Origin: Octopus bimaculoides
Lineage: Eukaryota
DNA: 64,000 bases
Assembly: GCF_001194135.2 (NCBI RefSeq)
Contig: NC_069003.1
Span: 3,482,151-3,546,150, forward strand
Reading direction: 5' to 3'
Shown: piece by piece, positions 25,601 through 38,774 of the stretch
How positions within the stretch are numbered: position 1 is the first letter of the stretch
How the letters are laid out: each line of letters begins with the position of its first letter
The notes under the pieces: generated by a model
Database searches by the model: none
What the model saw: only the letters and a program-made list of their open reading frames with translations
Told to the model about the DNA's origin: nothing
Position numbers and translations under genes: made by a program

Positions 25601-26044
25601 AACAGTAGATGAGGGAAGATTATTAATACTCGAATGTGAGGGTGGCTTCGCGTGTATGGGTCGAGACATCTATACCACAGAGCTGAGAGAGGAAGATTTA
25701 AGCTCAAATTTTAACCTTCTGATGTGTTTGTTTGTTCATGTTTCTTCTCGTTAGTTTTCACTCTTCGTATAGCAGTTCTGCATCAGATACAATCATATAG
25801 TGTGGTATGTTGACGGTAGGAATACTTCTGATCTGAGTGTTTGTTGGATCAAATTCAGCCAAGAGCTAAACAACAAAATTATGAAGAAAATAAAAGTTAA
25901 ATTACAAGATAGAATCTAAAATTTTAAAAAAACATAAAAACGGTAAGTATTGAGCAAGAGTGGCTAGGTGGTAATAAATTTTCTTCCCGACCACATCGAT
26001 CCGGGTTCTTCGAATTCGTGTCAACTTAGGAACATATCTATTAC

Positions 26045-26292
26045 AGGCTAATCTACTGGCCCCCCCTCCCCAAAAATTTCGGGTCCTGTGCCTAGAGTAG
26101 AAAAGAATCGTTAGCACGCCAGACAAAATGCTTAGCGGCATATCGTCTGCTTTAAAGTTGTGTTCAAATTCCACCGAAGTCGACATTTCTTTTTAGTCTT
26201 TTGGGGTCGATAAAATAGATTCCAGTCATGTACTGGGGTGGATATAATCAAGTAGTTCCGTCCCCCAAAATTGCAATCCTTGTGCTTATAGA
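26045..26292 (+). mobile_element. SINE family B: 3' tail of one copy followed by a near-complete second copy
   Basis: The tail CCCCTCCCCAAAAATTTCGGGTCCTGTGCCTAGAGTAGAAAAGAAT runs into CGTTAGCACGCCAGACAAAATGCTTAGCGG...GGGGTCGATAAAA...CCCCCAAAATTGC. Confidence 0.82.
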
Positions 26293-26570
26293 AGAAATGA
26301 TATGTTTATGTGTGTGTGTGTATTTTATGTGTTTGTGTGCATGTCTTTATAAATATATATATATATATATATCCAACATCATGTTCTGTTCTTTCTGCGA
26401 TGTGGAGGTTTGTGTAATTCCACGGCCCTGAAAGCATTGCCAGCGGGTCGCAAACCCCTAGAGGAGACCAGATTAATATGTAACAGCTTCTGTCTGAGGT
26501 AAAGAAGGGATTTGCGTACAGTGGACACCTCCACCTCGGAAAATGCAACAGATTATATCTTTACATACTT

Positions 26571-26747
26571 TTCTACTTTAGACACAAGGCCCGAAATTTT
26601 GGAGGAGGGAGCAGTCGATTACTTTATAGACTCCGAAAGGATGAAGGGCAAAGTCGACTTCAGCGGAATTTGAACTCAGAACATAAAGATAGACGAAATA
26701 CCTTAACGCATTTTGCCCGGCATACTAACGTTCCTGCCAGCCCACCG

Positions 26748-26750
<3 letters not shown>
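26571..26750 (-). mobile_element. SINE family B with internal deletion
   Basis: Runs from the inverse head GGCGGTGGGCTGGCAGGAACGTTAGTATGCCGGGCAAAATGCG to the tail CCTTGTGTCTAAAAGTAGAA. Confidence 0.85.
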
Positions 26751-26781
<31 letters not shown>

Positions 26782-26985
26782 NNNNNNNNNNNNNNNNNNN
26801 NNNNNNNNNNNNNNNNNNNNNNNNNNNNNNNNNNNNNNNNNNNNNNNNNNNNNNNNNNNNNNNNNNNNNNNNNNNNNNNNNNNNNNNNNNNNNNNNNNNN
26901 NNNNNNNNNNNNNNNNNNNNNNNNNNNNNNNNNNNNNNNNNNNNNNNNNNNNNNNNNNNNNNNNNNNNNNNNNNNNNNNNNNNNN

Positions 26986-27020
<35 letters not shown>

Positions 27021-27801
27021 CACACACAAAACAAGCCACATATTTGTATGAACAGGAGAAAAAAAACGTGCGAGATATAAAATACGATAACGAATTATTG
27101 ACGCAATAAACAGCGTATTTGGATAGTTTAAAATATGTATTAAGCTAAAAATCACTACGTTTTATTTGTTTCCCATTAATTACGTGAACGGTCCGTATTA
27201 GCTCTTTCAGACAGTTTCAGTAGAGTATAAGAAGATAACAGATTAACGCCGTTAGTAGGAGTAGCTGTGAAGGTGGCTGGTTGGATGATATAAAAGAGAA
27301 GAAAATAAAAATAAAACAAGAGAAAATACAATAAAAAGAATTAGAAGAGAAGGAGATACGAAGAGGTCGAATTTTCTGTAAAGGATTTATGAATATAAAA
27401 GTTTAAAAGGTTTATGGATGTAAGAAATTAATTTCCGGAGAATGCAAAATAGGGTAAAGAGCCCCTTCGGGCATATGTATATAGATATATATCTGTATAT
27501 GTATGTATATATATATAGTAAATCCCCCCAAAAGAAGTAGAACAAACGCAAAAAAGAACACAACAAGGTGAGGCCGTGGTACATGTAAAGTATTAGCAGA
27601 CGCTCAGAGAGGGAAGGAGAGGTGGTTTTACGTTTCGAGAAACGCTCTTCTTCAGAAACAGAGGAATGTACAATAGAAAGGAAGACGGAAGAAGAAAATC
27701 GCCAGCGATTCACATGTGGTTACATTTTGAAACTTTCTAGGTACAACCACATGGTCATTCACGACCGAACGGGGTTTCTACTTACTTGGCTATATATATA
27801 T

Positions 27802-27835
<34 letters not shown>

Positions 27836-27849
27836 AATATAAAGTCAAA

Positions 27850-28092
27850 GACCTCAAGGCTGTTTATTGAAGACCAGGAGTCGTTCATTCACGCCAGCCT
27901 CTCCTCTCCACGTCACCCAAGGGAAAGGAAAAGGAGCACCAGTGACGTCACAACTCATTCCTACAGTTGAGTGAACTGGAGCAACGTGAAATAAAGTGTC
28001 TTGATCAAGAACACAGCACGCCGTCCGGTCCGGGAATTGAACTCGCCACTTCATGATTGTGAGCCTGATGTACTAACCAGAGTCATGCGTCT
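27850..28092 (-). mobile_element. SINE family C
   Basis: Inverse of 31489-31798: CACCAGTGACGTCACAACTCATT..CAGTTGAGTGAACTGGAGCAACGTGAAATAAAGTGTCTTG.TCAAGAACACA, followed by the tRNA-like head. Confidence 0.88.
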
Positions 28093-28460
28093 TTACATAG
28101 AATGCAAGACATTCTGTTATAAAACGAATGTAATGATCTGGCTTAGCCCTTGTCCACGCCCTTTCCTACTGGGCCACCTAGGTGATTCTGAGATAGAAGG
28201 GGAGAGAGAAAGATAGGGGATCGAGAAGAAAAATCGACCCTCAATAAGTTTTTCAAAGGTAAAGTTTACTTCGACTGGCACTTGGATCGGAATGTAGAGA
28301 ATTAGCGTAAATGTTTTAAGGTAACCTATGCGATGCCTCGTCGAATCGGATTATTCGAATCCGTTATCCGATATATATATAAAAAGGACGGACTTAGATT
28401 CATGCATATTCAATGATCAACAACATTTTCAGTAACGTAATAACTGGAATACCTTAAAAT

Positions 28461-28670
28461 TACGAGGGTGTGACTGATTAGTTCCTGGCTTTGGGTAATG
28501 AAAATACAGAAGGAGTTAATTGTGGTTTCATTCAACGTATTTCACTCTAAGATTCATACTTATTGCAGCGGTAGTTCTGCTTTATCTAAGCCCGGTAAAA
28601 GAACTCGGAAGTTTGGACCTCCTACCAGGACTTGCACGATATCCTTAAAGCCAGAAACTGTTTAGCACCA
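28461..28670. mobile_element. Tc1/mariner-type MITE (~210 bp)
   Basis: Starts TACGAGGG, a mariner-like terminus. Imperfect TIRs: AGTTCCTGGCTTT on the left and AAAGCCAGAAACT...GCACC on the right. The internal minus strand resembles a mariner transposase C-terminus (LR(G/V)(E/K)YVE*). Confidence 0.75.
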
Positions 28671-29588
28671 GTTTTTTCCAATGCATAATCCCTATAAATA
28701 TACATGTATCTATCTATCTATCTATCCACACACACATATAATATATATACATGGACACACTTACTTACAGGCATATATATATATACATACACACATACGA
28801 AGTCATACATTACAAGCACAACCAATCAAAAAGACATACACATGTACACTCCTGTATATTAGGTTGAAACGTGCCATGCACGAAGCGCTCCTGCCTTGTA
28901 CGATGAAGAAAATTTGTGTGAAGTCAAGGCACAATTTTAAGAAGCTGCAGTACCGCAGCCCCCCAAAAAGAGGCCCCATACACACACGCATATGTATTGA
29001 TATAAATATATATACATCTATAATCTCATATTCACACATGTACATATATAGGTACAGACGCACATACATATATATCTCTCTCTATATATATATATGTATG
29101 TATGTATATATGTGTGTGTGTGTGTGTGTTTTGTCTGTGTGTATATGGATAGGTATATGTGTGTTTGTCGAATTGATATGACGGCAATGTATGAATGTTA
29201 GCAGGTGATATCCATCAAAACACTTCGTATAAGATAAATGACAGCAAAAGACTTTTAGATTCAAACATGGATGCTTCGTAAGATCAGCTGCGGAGTCTAT
29301 ATGAGGAGAGAGAGTTTATAAGAGAGATGTTGCAAAGGGAGAGAGTGGGGGTGAAAGGCTAAGGTAAGAAGGCGAGATATAGAAGCAGAATATATTGCAA
29401 GGTGAATATATACGGAGTGAGTGGAAGAGGACGTAAACGACTTCAGATTTGAGGAGATTATTCTGAGAAAAATGAGAAACAAAAATGGAGAAAATTTATT
29501 TAGAGAAAACGTGGAGACATGTTAAGGGCAACTATGTATAAAATATACAAAATGTATAAACATATGTGCATGTGTGAGTATATAAAAG

Positions 29589-29649
<61 letters not shown>

Positions 29650-30229
29650 CGTGTATATATATAAATTTTGTGTATAAATATACTTTATATAGATAGATTC
29701 CTATACATATAGTGACACATACGCACACTCATACACACACTTATTTATATATCTTTCTCTCTACATACATACACACATGTGACGAGTAGGCGTCCTGAAG
29801 AAAATGGAGATATAAGAGGAAAAAATAATGCTTGTGTGTGAATTTTTGTGTGTGCGCACTTTCACGCACGTGTATTTATATACACATTTCTCGACCTCCT
29901 GCCTGCCTATCTGTCTGTCTGCCCCTCACTCTCTCTCTCACACTCCCTGTGTATATATATATATAAATGTGTGTGTGTGTTTATGTATGCACCCATACGC
30001 AAAAGCACGTGTGCATACACTAATGTTTCACCTGCGTACGCATGTGCCACTCGTGAGAAGACGACGAAGAGACATCTAATTGGGAAGGCATCAATCTCTC
30101 TCGGAGAGTATGGAGAGGATGCTCGGGGTTTCGGTATAAGATGAGATTCGTCATCATTACATTGATTGATAGTTCGAACGATTGATTGATTGTTTTATAA
30201 GGGAAGAATTCATCAGCTACAAAATGGTG

Positions 30230-30478
30230 GCGGTGGTGATTGTTTCGCTAATGACAGCTGTCCTGCTGATAATATTGCTAATTAGTAATGTTAATTCCAA
30301 CAATGGCAGTGACGCTGCTGGTGATGGTAGTGGCAGTTGTCGTAGTGGTCTTAATAATTGTAGTAGTAGTAGTAGTAGTAGTAGTAGTGATGAGGGAGGG
30401 TGTTGCTATTGGCAGTGGTACAGATGTTGTTGTTATTATCATCGTCGTCGTCGTCGTCATCACTATTATTATTATTAG
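30230..30478. repeat. Mixed trinucleotide low-complexity tract (GTA/CGT/TTA)
   Basis: Directly visible. Confidence 0.85.
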
Positions 30479-30696
30479 GGCGGCGCGTTGGGAGAATCGT
30501 TAACGTGCTGGACGAAATGCTTAGCGGTATTTCGTCTGTCTTTACGTTCTGTGTTCAAATTCCGCCGAGGTCGACTTTACCTTTTATCTTTTCTGCGGTC
30601 GATAAATTAAGTACCAGTTGCGTACTAGGGTTGATCTAATCGACTGAGCCCCCTCCACCAAAATTTAGAGCCTTCTGCCTGGAGTAGAAAAGAATT
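30478..30696 (+). mobile_element. SINE family B, full-length reference copy
   Basis: Head GGGCGGCGCGTTGGGAGAATCGTTA, B box GTTCAAATTCC, core GAGGTCGACTTT.CCTTT.ATC...GGTCGATAAATTAAGTACCAG, tail GAGTAGAAAAGAAT. Confidence 0.9.
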
Positions 30697-30704
30697 CTGA
30701 GGGT

Positions 30705-31050
30705 CATAAAATGTTTCCAAATATCTTGGGTTGTTCTTTTTGATTTCGTAAGCATATCCACGAGTTTTTGACACATAGAAGTTAAATAGATGCCCGTGGC
30801 TGCTGTTGGAAAGATGATGGATAATCATGTGGGCGCCTACCAAGTCAGTTGCCAGACGTCTGAGCTTCAACGTGTCCATGCCCAGAGAATTTCCAAGAGA
30901 TTGATATGCTGAGCAAGATAGGCGTTACAGACTGGCGATTCAAATTATAAGTGTGGACGTAACATTGTCGTATACAGTTTTAAAGAGATCGCTGGAGAAC
31001 AGCTGGCAAATATTATTTGTGTTGTTGAAGCGTAATTAATTTTATTTCAC
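30705..31050 (-). mobile_element. CR1/L2-like LINE, ORF2 C-terminal fragment
   Basis: NSLGMDTLKLRRLATDLVGAHMIIHH...LFNFYVSKTRGYAYEI resembles the CR1 terminus (L.L.TL..RR...DL...K....TRGH..K.). It overlaps the track ORF at 30625-30879. Confidence 0.7.
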
Positions 31051-31209
31051 ATATATTTTAACAGCAAAATATTCTAAGGGCCTCCAAGTGTCATATGGAC
31101 ACCGATTCAGAACTGCTGTTGTATTCTATCATCATGAGGCAATGTAGTTTGTGGAGGTCATCCTTATGTTGTTGGTGATGGAAATCCTCGGTGGTTCCCT
31201 GCCGCTCTT

Positions 31210-31360
31210 TTGCCTTTTATCTATCAAGTGTTTCAATCATTAGAACGCAGCCATGCAGGGGGGCGGGGAACCGCCTTGTAGAGTCTTTTAGTTTTAATCT
31301 GTCAGTATCTTTTGCCGAACTGCTAGTATACGACGACGTAAACACAGCAACACTAGTTGC
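31210..31360 (-). mobile_element. SINE family A, degenerate 3' fragment
   Basis: GCAGCCATGC, TCTTTTGCCGAACTGCTA, GACGTAAACACAGCAACA. Confidence 0.6.
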
Positions 31361-31488
31361 CATGCGTTGTGGTGGTGATGTAGTGTTGTTCTTGCTTTGT
31401 GTTAATGTAGTGGCGGTGGTGGTGTCCGTGGTGGTGTCTGTGGTATAATGCTCTGATAATATTGGTGCTGTGGTCTATTCAAGTACTG

Positions 31489-31798
31489 AAAGCGCATGGC
31501 TGCGTGGTTAGAGCGTCGGGTTCACAATCATCACGTTGTGAAGTCGATTCCCGAACTTGGGTCAGTGTTGTGTTCTTGAGCAAGACACTCTATTTCACCT
31601 TGCTCCACTTCACTCAGATATAGAAATGAGTTGTGACGTCACTGGTGCCAAGCTGTATCAGTCTTTGCCTTTCCCTTGGATAACATTAATGGCGTGGAGA
31701 GAGGCATTTTGCATGGGCGACTGTTGGCCTTTCATGAAAAAAACCTTGCCCGGACTTGTGCCTCAATGGGGAACTTTCTAGGTGCAATCTCATTGTCT
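31489..31798 (+). mobile_element. SINE family C, full-length reference copy
   Basis: A box GCATGGCTGCGTGGTTAGAGCG, B-box-like AAGTCGATTCCC, core TTGTGTTCTTGAGCAAGACACT.TATTTCAC.TTGCTCCA, tail CCTTGCCCGGACTTGTGCC...CTTTCTAGGTGCAATC. Confidence 0.9.
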
Positions 31799-32199
31799 CT
31801 TTACCCTATTAGTCAACTCTCGATCAGGTCCTCTGCATGTGAACCTTCTCCAGCACGTTCAATTAAACCGGGGAGGGCTCTTCCATTGCCCTGCCATCGT
31901 TAATTAGATGACTGGGAAACGGGCCATCCATGCCTACACCTGGGACAAATACTGGAGTTGTTTCTTACTGCCTTCTCCACACAAGTAGAATTTGAGCCCT
32001 GGATGTAGAAAGTCGGAAAATATACCGTCAACAATTTCTACCGGTACACCAAGAGTTTTGTCACTCTGTCGCCCTTGTTTGAGTCGAAGCATCGATAGCG
32101 AAAAGTGTCGGCACGGTGCAGTTGCAATCGTTGTTCAGGTCTTAGTGTAGTGGTACTGCCGACGATATCTTTATCACTCTTAAAGTTAGGCTGATGGAC

Positions 32200-32700
32200 G
32201 TGGTGGTGATGGTGGTGACGATGATTATGTATACATGTATAGCAATGCTGTGCTGGTTGTAGTATCGGTGGTGGCGCAATCGCGGTGTAATGTTACTCTT
32301 GTATTTCGTAATATCTTGGAATGTGTTGGTGTTCGTGGTAGTATTGGTAGTACTCCTGCACTTGACAATAACAGTATAGTAAATTTATTAGTATCTGTGT
32401 CGAGGTGGTGGTGGTTAGGTTAATGTGTTGGTTTTGATCGTGGTTGAGGTGTTAGTGCAGTGCTACGAGTGATGATGTATTTAGTAACGTTGCTGATACG
32501 GTGGTGGTGGTGATGCCTTTGCTGGTGATGATGATGTTGATGAAAATAGATCGGTGGTAGTGGTGGTGACGGTTGTGCTGACGTATGTGCCAACGGTGGA
32601 GGCGGTGATAGTGGTGTCGTTGTTGTCGCTGGAGGTGGTGGAGTATTAAATGTCGGCGCTGGCAAACCAATTGTGATTGATTCCCATAACATTAGCTGAA
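32200..32700. repeat. Degenerate (GGT/GTA)n low-complexity tract
   Basis: Directly visible. Confidence 0.75.
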
Positions 32701-32875
32701 GCGATACATATAATCTCCTCCCTAGAGGGTGATCAATAGAAATAGTGTTACGTGTATTCATACACATACAAACTAACACGCGCGCACACACGCACACATA
32801 TATGTATACACACAAGTATGCACGTATATATACACACAAACATACATACATACACCCAAACGTACACATACATAC

Positions 32876-32923
<48 letters not shown>

Positions 32924-33012
32924 CGAATATTTGCGTGTATATGTGTGTGTGTGGGCACACAAACACATATTCCGTATACGTCAATACGTACGCATATATA
33001 TTTACGTATGTG

Positions 33013-33065
<53 letters not shown>

Positions 33066-33160
33066 ATGTATGTATATATATATATAATGAACATATATCC
33101 GCAGATTTACGAATATGTATTTTTTCTATAAATAAATATATATATATATATATATGTATA

Positions 33161-33419
33161 TGTACGTATACATACATACATATATATGTATATATATGTA
33201 CGTATACATACATACATATATATGTATATATATGTACGTATACATACATACATATATATGTATATATATGTACGTATACATACATACATATATATGTATA
33301 TATATGTACGTATACATACATACATATATATGTATATATATGTACGTATACATACATACATATATATGTATATATATGTACGTATACATACATCCATATG
33401 TATATATATGTATGTGCGT

Positions 33420-33430
<11 letters not shown>
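33161..33430. repeat. 36-bp minisatellite, about 7 near-perfect units plus one degenerate unit
   Basis: Unit TGTACGTATACATACATACATATATATGTATATATA. TGTACG recurs at 33161, 33197, 33233, 33269, 33305, 33341 and 33377. Confidence 0.95.
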
Positions 33431-33458
<28 letters not shown>

Positions 33459-33831
33459 GTGTGTGTGTGTGTGTGTGTACACCTGTGTGTATGTGGGTAT
33501 TGGTATGTAATGTATATGCATGTATTATTTAGCAGGGTGATGCGCAGAGGTATGTAAGTTGATAAATATACTACTTTCCTACAGACAGACTAGAAGACGT
33601 GCATCAATCAATCAAAACACACACATATATATGTAAATACATTGGTTCTGACGTTCGTACGTAGATACATTCGTACTTAGAAAAAGAAGGGGACAGACAC
33701 ACAGTAGAAGATATAGAGATTCGGGAAATTAAGCAAGATGCATTGGTGTGTTGGGCGGCTATGTTGGCTGGTAACTTTGAAGGGGGATGGTGTGAGTTGT
33801 TACTCAGACGTTTATAGATGATAAGAGATAA

Positions 33832-33926
33832 TCTATTCTACTCCAGGTAAGATGCCCGAAATTTTTGGGAAGGGGGCTATTCGATTAGGTCGACTCCAGT
33901 ACGCAACTGGTACATAATTTATCGGC
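33832..33926 (-). mobile_element. SINE family B, 3' fragment
   Basis: TTCTACTCCAGG...CCCGAAATTTTTGGG...GTCGACTCCAGTACGCAACTGGTAC. Confidence 0.7.
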
Positions 33927-33995
33927 CAATCGATTGTAGGAGGGGAAAACTTTGAAGTCACTGCTAATAATGTACTCCTTAAAGAATAATATATT

Positions 33996-34350
33996 TATAA
34001 CTGGTGTGATCAATAAGTATGCGGACTGCGGCCATAGAGACGTCTGAACCACTCGTACATTTGTGTGCGGCTCCTACACTCCTCTCCCTAAACTTTCTGC
34101 GACTTTGCGTCGGCCTGTGAGCAGGTATCACGCGGACAATTTTCCATGTCTTGTTTAATGCGACGGCCAAACGCTACGCAGGTTTCTTCCAAGCACTGCT
34201 GCGAACAGCGGAAGCGAACAAGAACGTTACAAATTAGTTCATATGAACAACAGAGTTCAAAGTCAATTTTCGCAAAGTGGATTTACTCTGCATGCTTTAC
34301 CTTCGTTACTATGACAACATTCCAGATACTTATTCATTAGACCACGTATA
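33996..34350. mobile_element. Second mariner-type MITE (~355 bp), TA-flanked
   Basis: The left end TATAACTGGTGTGATCAATAAGTATGCGG and the reverse complement of the right end TATACGTGGTCTAATGAATAAGTATCTGG match at 22/29 positions. Both ends are in TA context. Confidence 0.78.
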
Positions 34351-34399
34351 TGTGCATATATATATGTGTATTTATATGCATGTTTGTATGTGTATAGAT

Positions 34400-35060
34400 T
34401 GATAGATAGATTGAGAGATTGAGAGATAGATATATAGATAGATAGACAGACATAGATAGAGATAGATAGACAGATAGATAGACAGAGATAGATAGATAGA
34501 CAGATAGATAGACAGAGATAGATAGATAGACAGAGATAGATAGATAGACAGAGATAGATAGATAGACAGAGATAGATAGATAGACAGAGATAGATAGATA
34601 GACAGAGATAGATAGATAGACAGAGATAGATAGANNNNNNNNNNNNNNNNNNNNNNNNNNNNNNNNNNNNNNNNNNNNNNNNNNNNNNNNNNNNNNNNNN
34701 NNNNNNNNNNNNNNNNNNNNNNNNNNNNNNNNNNNNNNNNNNNNNNNNNNNNNNNNNNNNNNNNNNNNNNNNNNNNNNNNNNNNNNNNNNNNNNNNNNNN
34801 NNNNNNNNNNNNNNNNNNNNNNNNNNNNNNNNNNNNNNNNNNNNNNNNNNNNNNNNNNNNNNNNNNNNNNNNNNNNNNNNNNNNNNNNNNNNNNNNNNNN
34901 NNNNNNNNNNAGAGATAGACAGAGATAGAGATAGACAGAGATAGAGATAGACAGAGATAGAGATAGACAGAGATAGAGATAGACAGAGATAGAGATAGAC
35001 AGAGATAGAGATAGACAGAGATAGAGATAGACAGAGATAGAGATAGACAGATGGATAGAT
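34400..35060. repeat. GATA/GACA-derived compound satellite
   Basis: 18-bp unit CAGAGATAGATAGATAGA left of the gap; 16-bp unit AGAGATAGAGATAGAC right of it. Confidence 0.92.
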
Positions 35061-36769
35061 GACGTGTGCAGGAAATAAGGTATTGATACCTAGCTATTTC
35101 ATTTCGTGCGTAAATACTTATCAACAGTTAATCATATGAAATTATGAATAAATGTTTTGATTATTCCCATCTGACAAAAGGATTTGTATTGCATTTGAAT
35201 TGCTATTTATTATGGATGCTTATGTAAAGAAACATTTTATATATTAATAACTTCGTTTCAGTTCCTGTGAACTCTACATGGCAAAGGTAATTATGTCATA
35301 GCCCGAATATACACAGAAGTCACTTTAAAGACTACGTTTTATGATTAAGCTTCACGTTTCCGGATATTGGAACGGTAATTCCTATGGCATCTTGAGCGCA
35401 TCAAAATGTGTGTATATGTGTGATTCTATCTATCTGTGTGTGTGTGTGTGTGTGTACGACCAAAGCTTATAATACGAAGCCATTTCAATTGGTGGCGCGC
35501 AGGAACAACTCAATCTCGGGCAAGATGAAATGGAGTACGCCGATAAATTTGCGTCTCTCGGAAGCTCTTTTACCAAAGAGTGCGACAGACAAATATAAAT
35601 GGGGACCAGGACAGTAATGAAATATCTGTATTCCGGCGCCTCTGTGCAAAAGGGTAATCCATGACTATCATGAGGAAGATAGGGCTACAGTGGTACTCGT
35701 TTGCTGCTATACCAATAGTCATCTTCACCTTTTAAACCTAGAAAAAATATAGCGAAAAATTACATGTAAGTTCACCGCCATCAATTCACCGCGAGTGAAG
35801 ATCACAGTTAGGAAAGTTTATCGAGAAAATATATCCAAAGTATCTCACATTTCCTAGTTTAAATCTGTTTTATGGAATAAAAAAGAAACGAAAGTAACGG
35901 AGATTAAAACGTGCAATCAGGGATTTCATATTTTGGGTCAAAAAACATAGTATGTACTAAATATGAAGGAAAATAAGCTTAATATTTTATATGTGTATTT
36001 CTTTACAACATAAATCAATAGAAAAGTCAAATTTACATTATACAAAACCGTGTTTGACATTAAAAAGTTACGATATGCATGAACGTTACAATAAAGAATT
36101 TGTAATAAAAGTGTTTCGAAACGTTTTCCCACTGGAGATTCCCTGCAGTGGATTGATGACGGAGAACTTGCCAAAAATGATAGCGAAAACCTCTCAATTG
36201 CCGGACGTTTTCTGTGGACGGTGTCCACGCTCTAACTTGGGCATCTGTTACCGGGACATAGTGAAAAGAACACGTTGATAAGAAGACCTGGCACGGGATG
36301 TTTGCTGGACATGGCGACATAGTGAGTGTACCTTTAAATGGCCATGTTCTTCGATTACAGTAGGAGAGACATGTTATTAAGTTAAAGTGGATTCCAAAAG
36401 GAGTAAAATTACCGAGTTGAAGACAAACAACCCCGTGGTACACTGCGTTCTGAGATGAGATGGTAGCGCTCGGAGTTGGCCCAAATGGGGCCAACAAGAA
36501 GGTGAGCAGCCTAGATGTTTTGAGCAGCCCCATTGTCGGTTATATTGATTAGTACTGGAGGAACTTGGAAGCTTATCTCCCTTCTCAGTCATTAGATAAG
36601 TGCTTAGATAGATAGATAAATAGAGATACACATATCTACACACATACATATGTAGAGATAAAATGATATAGTCGTATTTGTTTCTCTCTCACTCTTTCTC
36701 TCGCTCTCAATTTATGTATTGTGTGTGTGTGCATGTATGCATGTGTGTATGTAGATATGTCCGCGTGTT

Positions 36770-36802
<33 letters not shown>

Positions 36803-37150
36803 ACACGCTGCAGTAGCTTTGACCAGGATAAATCGTACAGAAAACCCCAAGCTATATAGCTTTCGTGTGTCTTAGTGAAGCGAATCGTTTATCAAATGAC
36901 ACTAAACACACACCACATAAACACGTCATTGAATCTAATTACTCCGGTGTGTATTAAAACTGTGTTTCTGTCGCCGTGTCCGATTGGCTGGCTGCTTGAT
37001 TGCTTCATAATACACCCTTACACATAAACACACGCGCGTTCGCACACCGTATACACTCACACATGCAAATTTTGTATATGTATGTATGTATGCATATATA
37101 TATATATATAAATATATATAAGAACAGTAATAACCGTTCTTATGTGTGTG

Positions 37151-37181
<31 letters not shown>

Positions 37182-38272
37182 GGGGGGGAGGGNNNNNNNN
37201 NNNNNNNNNNNNNNNNNNNNNNNNNNNNNNNNNNNNNNNCGTTCACCGCCATATGTCTTCTTTATAGAAAAATACCAAATGAGACAAGAACGCAAAACAT
37301 CCAGGTACACGATACAAAATAAAAGACAAGGACCAAAAAAAAAACGGAGAATGTTATGCAAATAACAACAGGTGTCTTTCGGCTAAGGACGAATTAAATT
37401 ACGCTGACGTGTGTGGAAGTAAAGCCTTACGGCAGGGATACAAGATTTCATGGGTACAGGGAGGAATACAGATGTTACACGGACGGCACCGAACCAAGAA
37501 AGAAAGGTCAGGCTTAGTCGAACAACGGTTACGTGGGGAGAGGAGAGATATATACAATATATATATATGTGGGTGGGGGGGTGTAACGACGACCACTACA
37601 TTAATCCCCTGAGATCTCAGATATTTTTTTCTGAATCTCTGATTCTTTCAATGAGCTGGTTTCCTGGTAATAAATCGATATTAATTAACATCTGATTTTT
37701 TTTACCCTGTGTTTTAATATATATNNNNNNNNNNNNNNNNNNNNNNNNNNNNNNNNNNNNNNNNNNNNNNNNNNNNNNNNNNNNNNNNNNNNNNNNNNNN
37801 NNNNNNNNNNNNNNNNNNNNNNNNNNNNNNNNNNNNNNNNNNNNNNNNNNNNNNNNNNNNNNNNNNNNNNNNNNNNNNNNNNNNNNNNNNNNNNNNNNNN
37901 NNNNNNNNNNNNNNNNNNNNNNNNNNNNNNNNNNNNNNNNNNNNNNNNNNNNNNNNNNNNNNNNNNNNNNNNNNNNNNNNNNNNNNNNNNNNNNNNNNNN
38001 NNNNNNNNNNNNNNNNNNNNNNNNNNNNNNNNNNNNNNNNNNNNNNNNNNNNNNNNNNNNNNNNNNNNNNNNNNNNNNNNNNNNNNNNNNNNNNNNNNNN
38101 NNNNNNNNNNNNNNNNNNNNNNNNNNNNNNNNNNNNNNNNNNNNNNNNNNNNNNNNNNNNNNNNNNNNNNNNNNNNNNNNNNNNNNNNNNNNNNNNNNNN
38201 NNNNNNNNNNNNNNNNNNNNNNNNNNNNNNNNNNNNNNNNNNNNNNNNNNNNNNNNNNNNNNNNNNNNNNNN

Positions 38273-38307
<35 letters not shown>

Positions 38308-38774
38308 TCACAATATTTTCTCGTCACTGTTTTCTGTATCGCCATATTCATTATCCTCACTCTCCTCATCAACAATATCCATGTTCTACACAACAACAGC
38401 GACAACAGCAATCGTATTAAAGATAGTCCGTTTCTATAATCCGTGTTTATTGGATTTCCAGCTGGAATATTCAGTCTCTTAGAAATACTGAGCCAAAAGC
38501 TTATCTAATTACCTCAATTATCATACCACTTACAATTCCATCTAGATGCACGAGACTTTCATAACATTAGGGTCCGTAATATACATAGGGTTAGATAATT
38601 GTAGAGAGCTATCGCTCATGTCATGTGACCGCTCGGAACCACTTTAATGCAGTTCAAGAGATCAAGATGTAGTGGAGTTCTGTGAATAGTGATGACAGGT
38701 GGAAATAGAAAACGGCTGATTAGAAATGTCATGCCTTTTTAAATGCAAAATAGACAATAGCAATGTGAACGATG

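Noticed and set aside
31800-32190. GC-richer stretch, possibly a minus-strand non-LTR RT remnant (KLLTVY, FLHP)
   Set aside because: The similarity is too weak and needs several frameshifts; left unannotated pending BLASTX.
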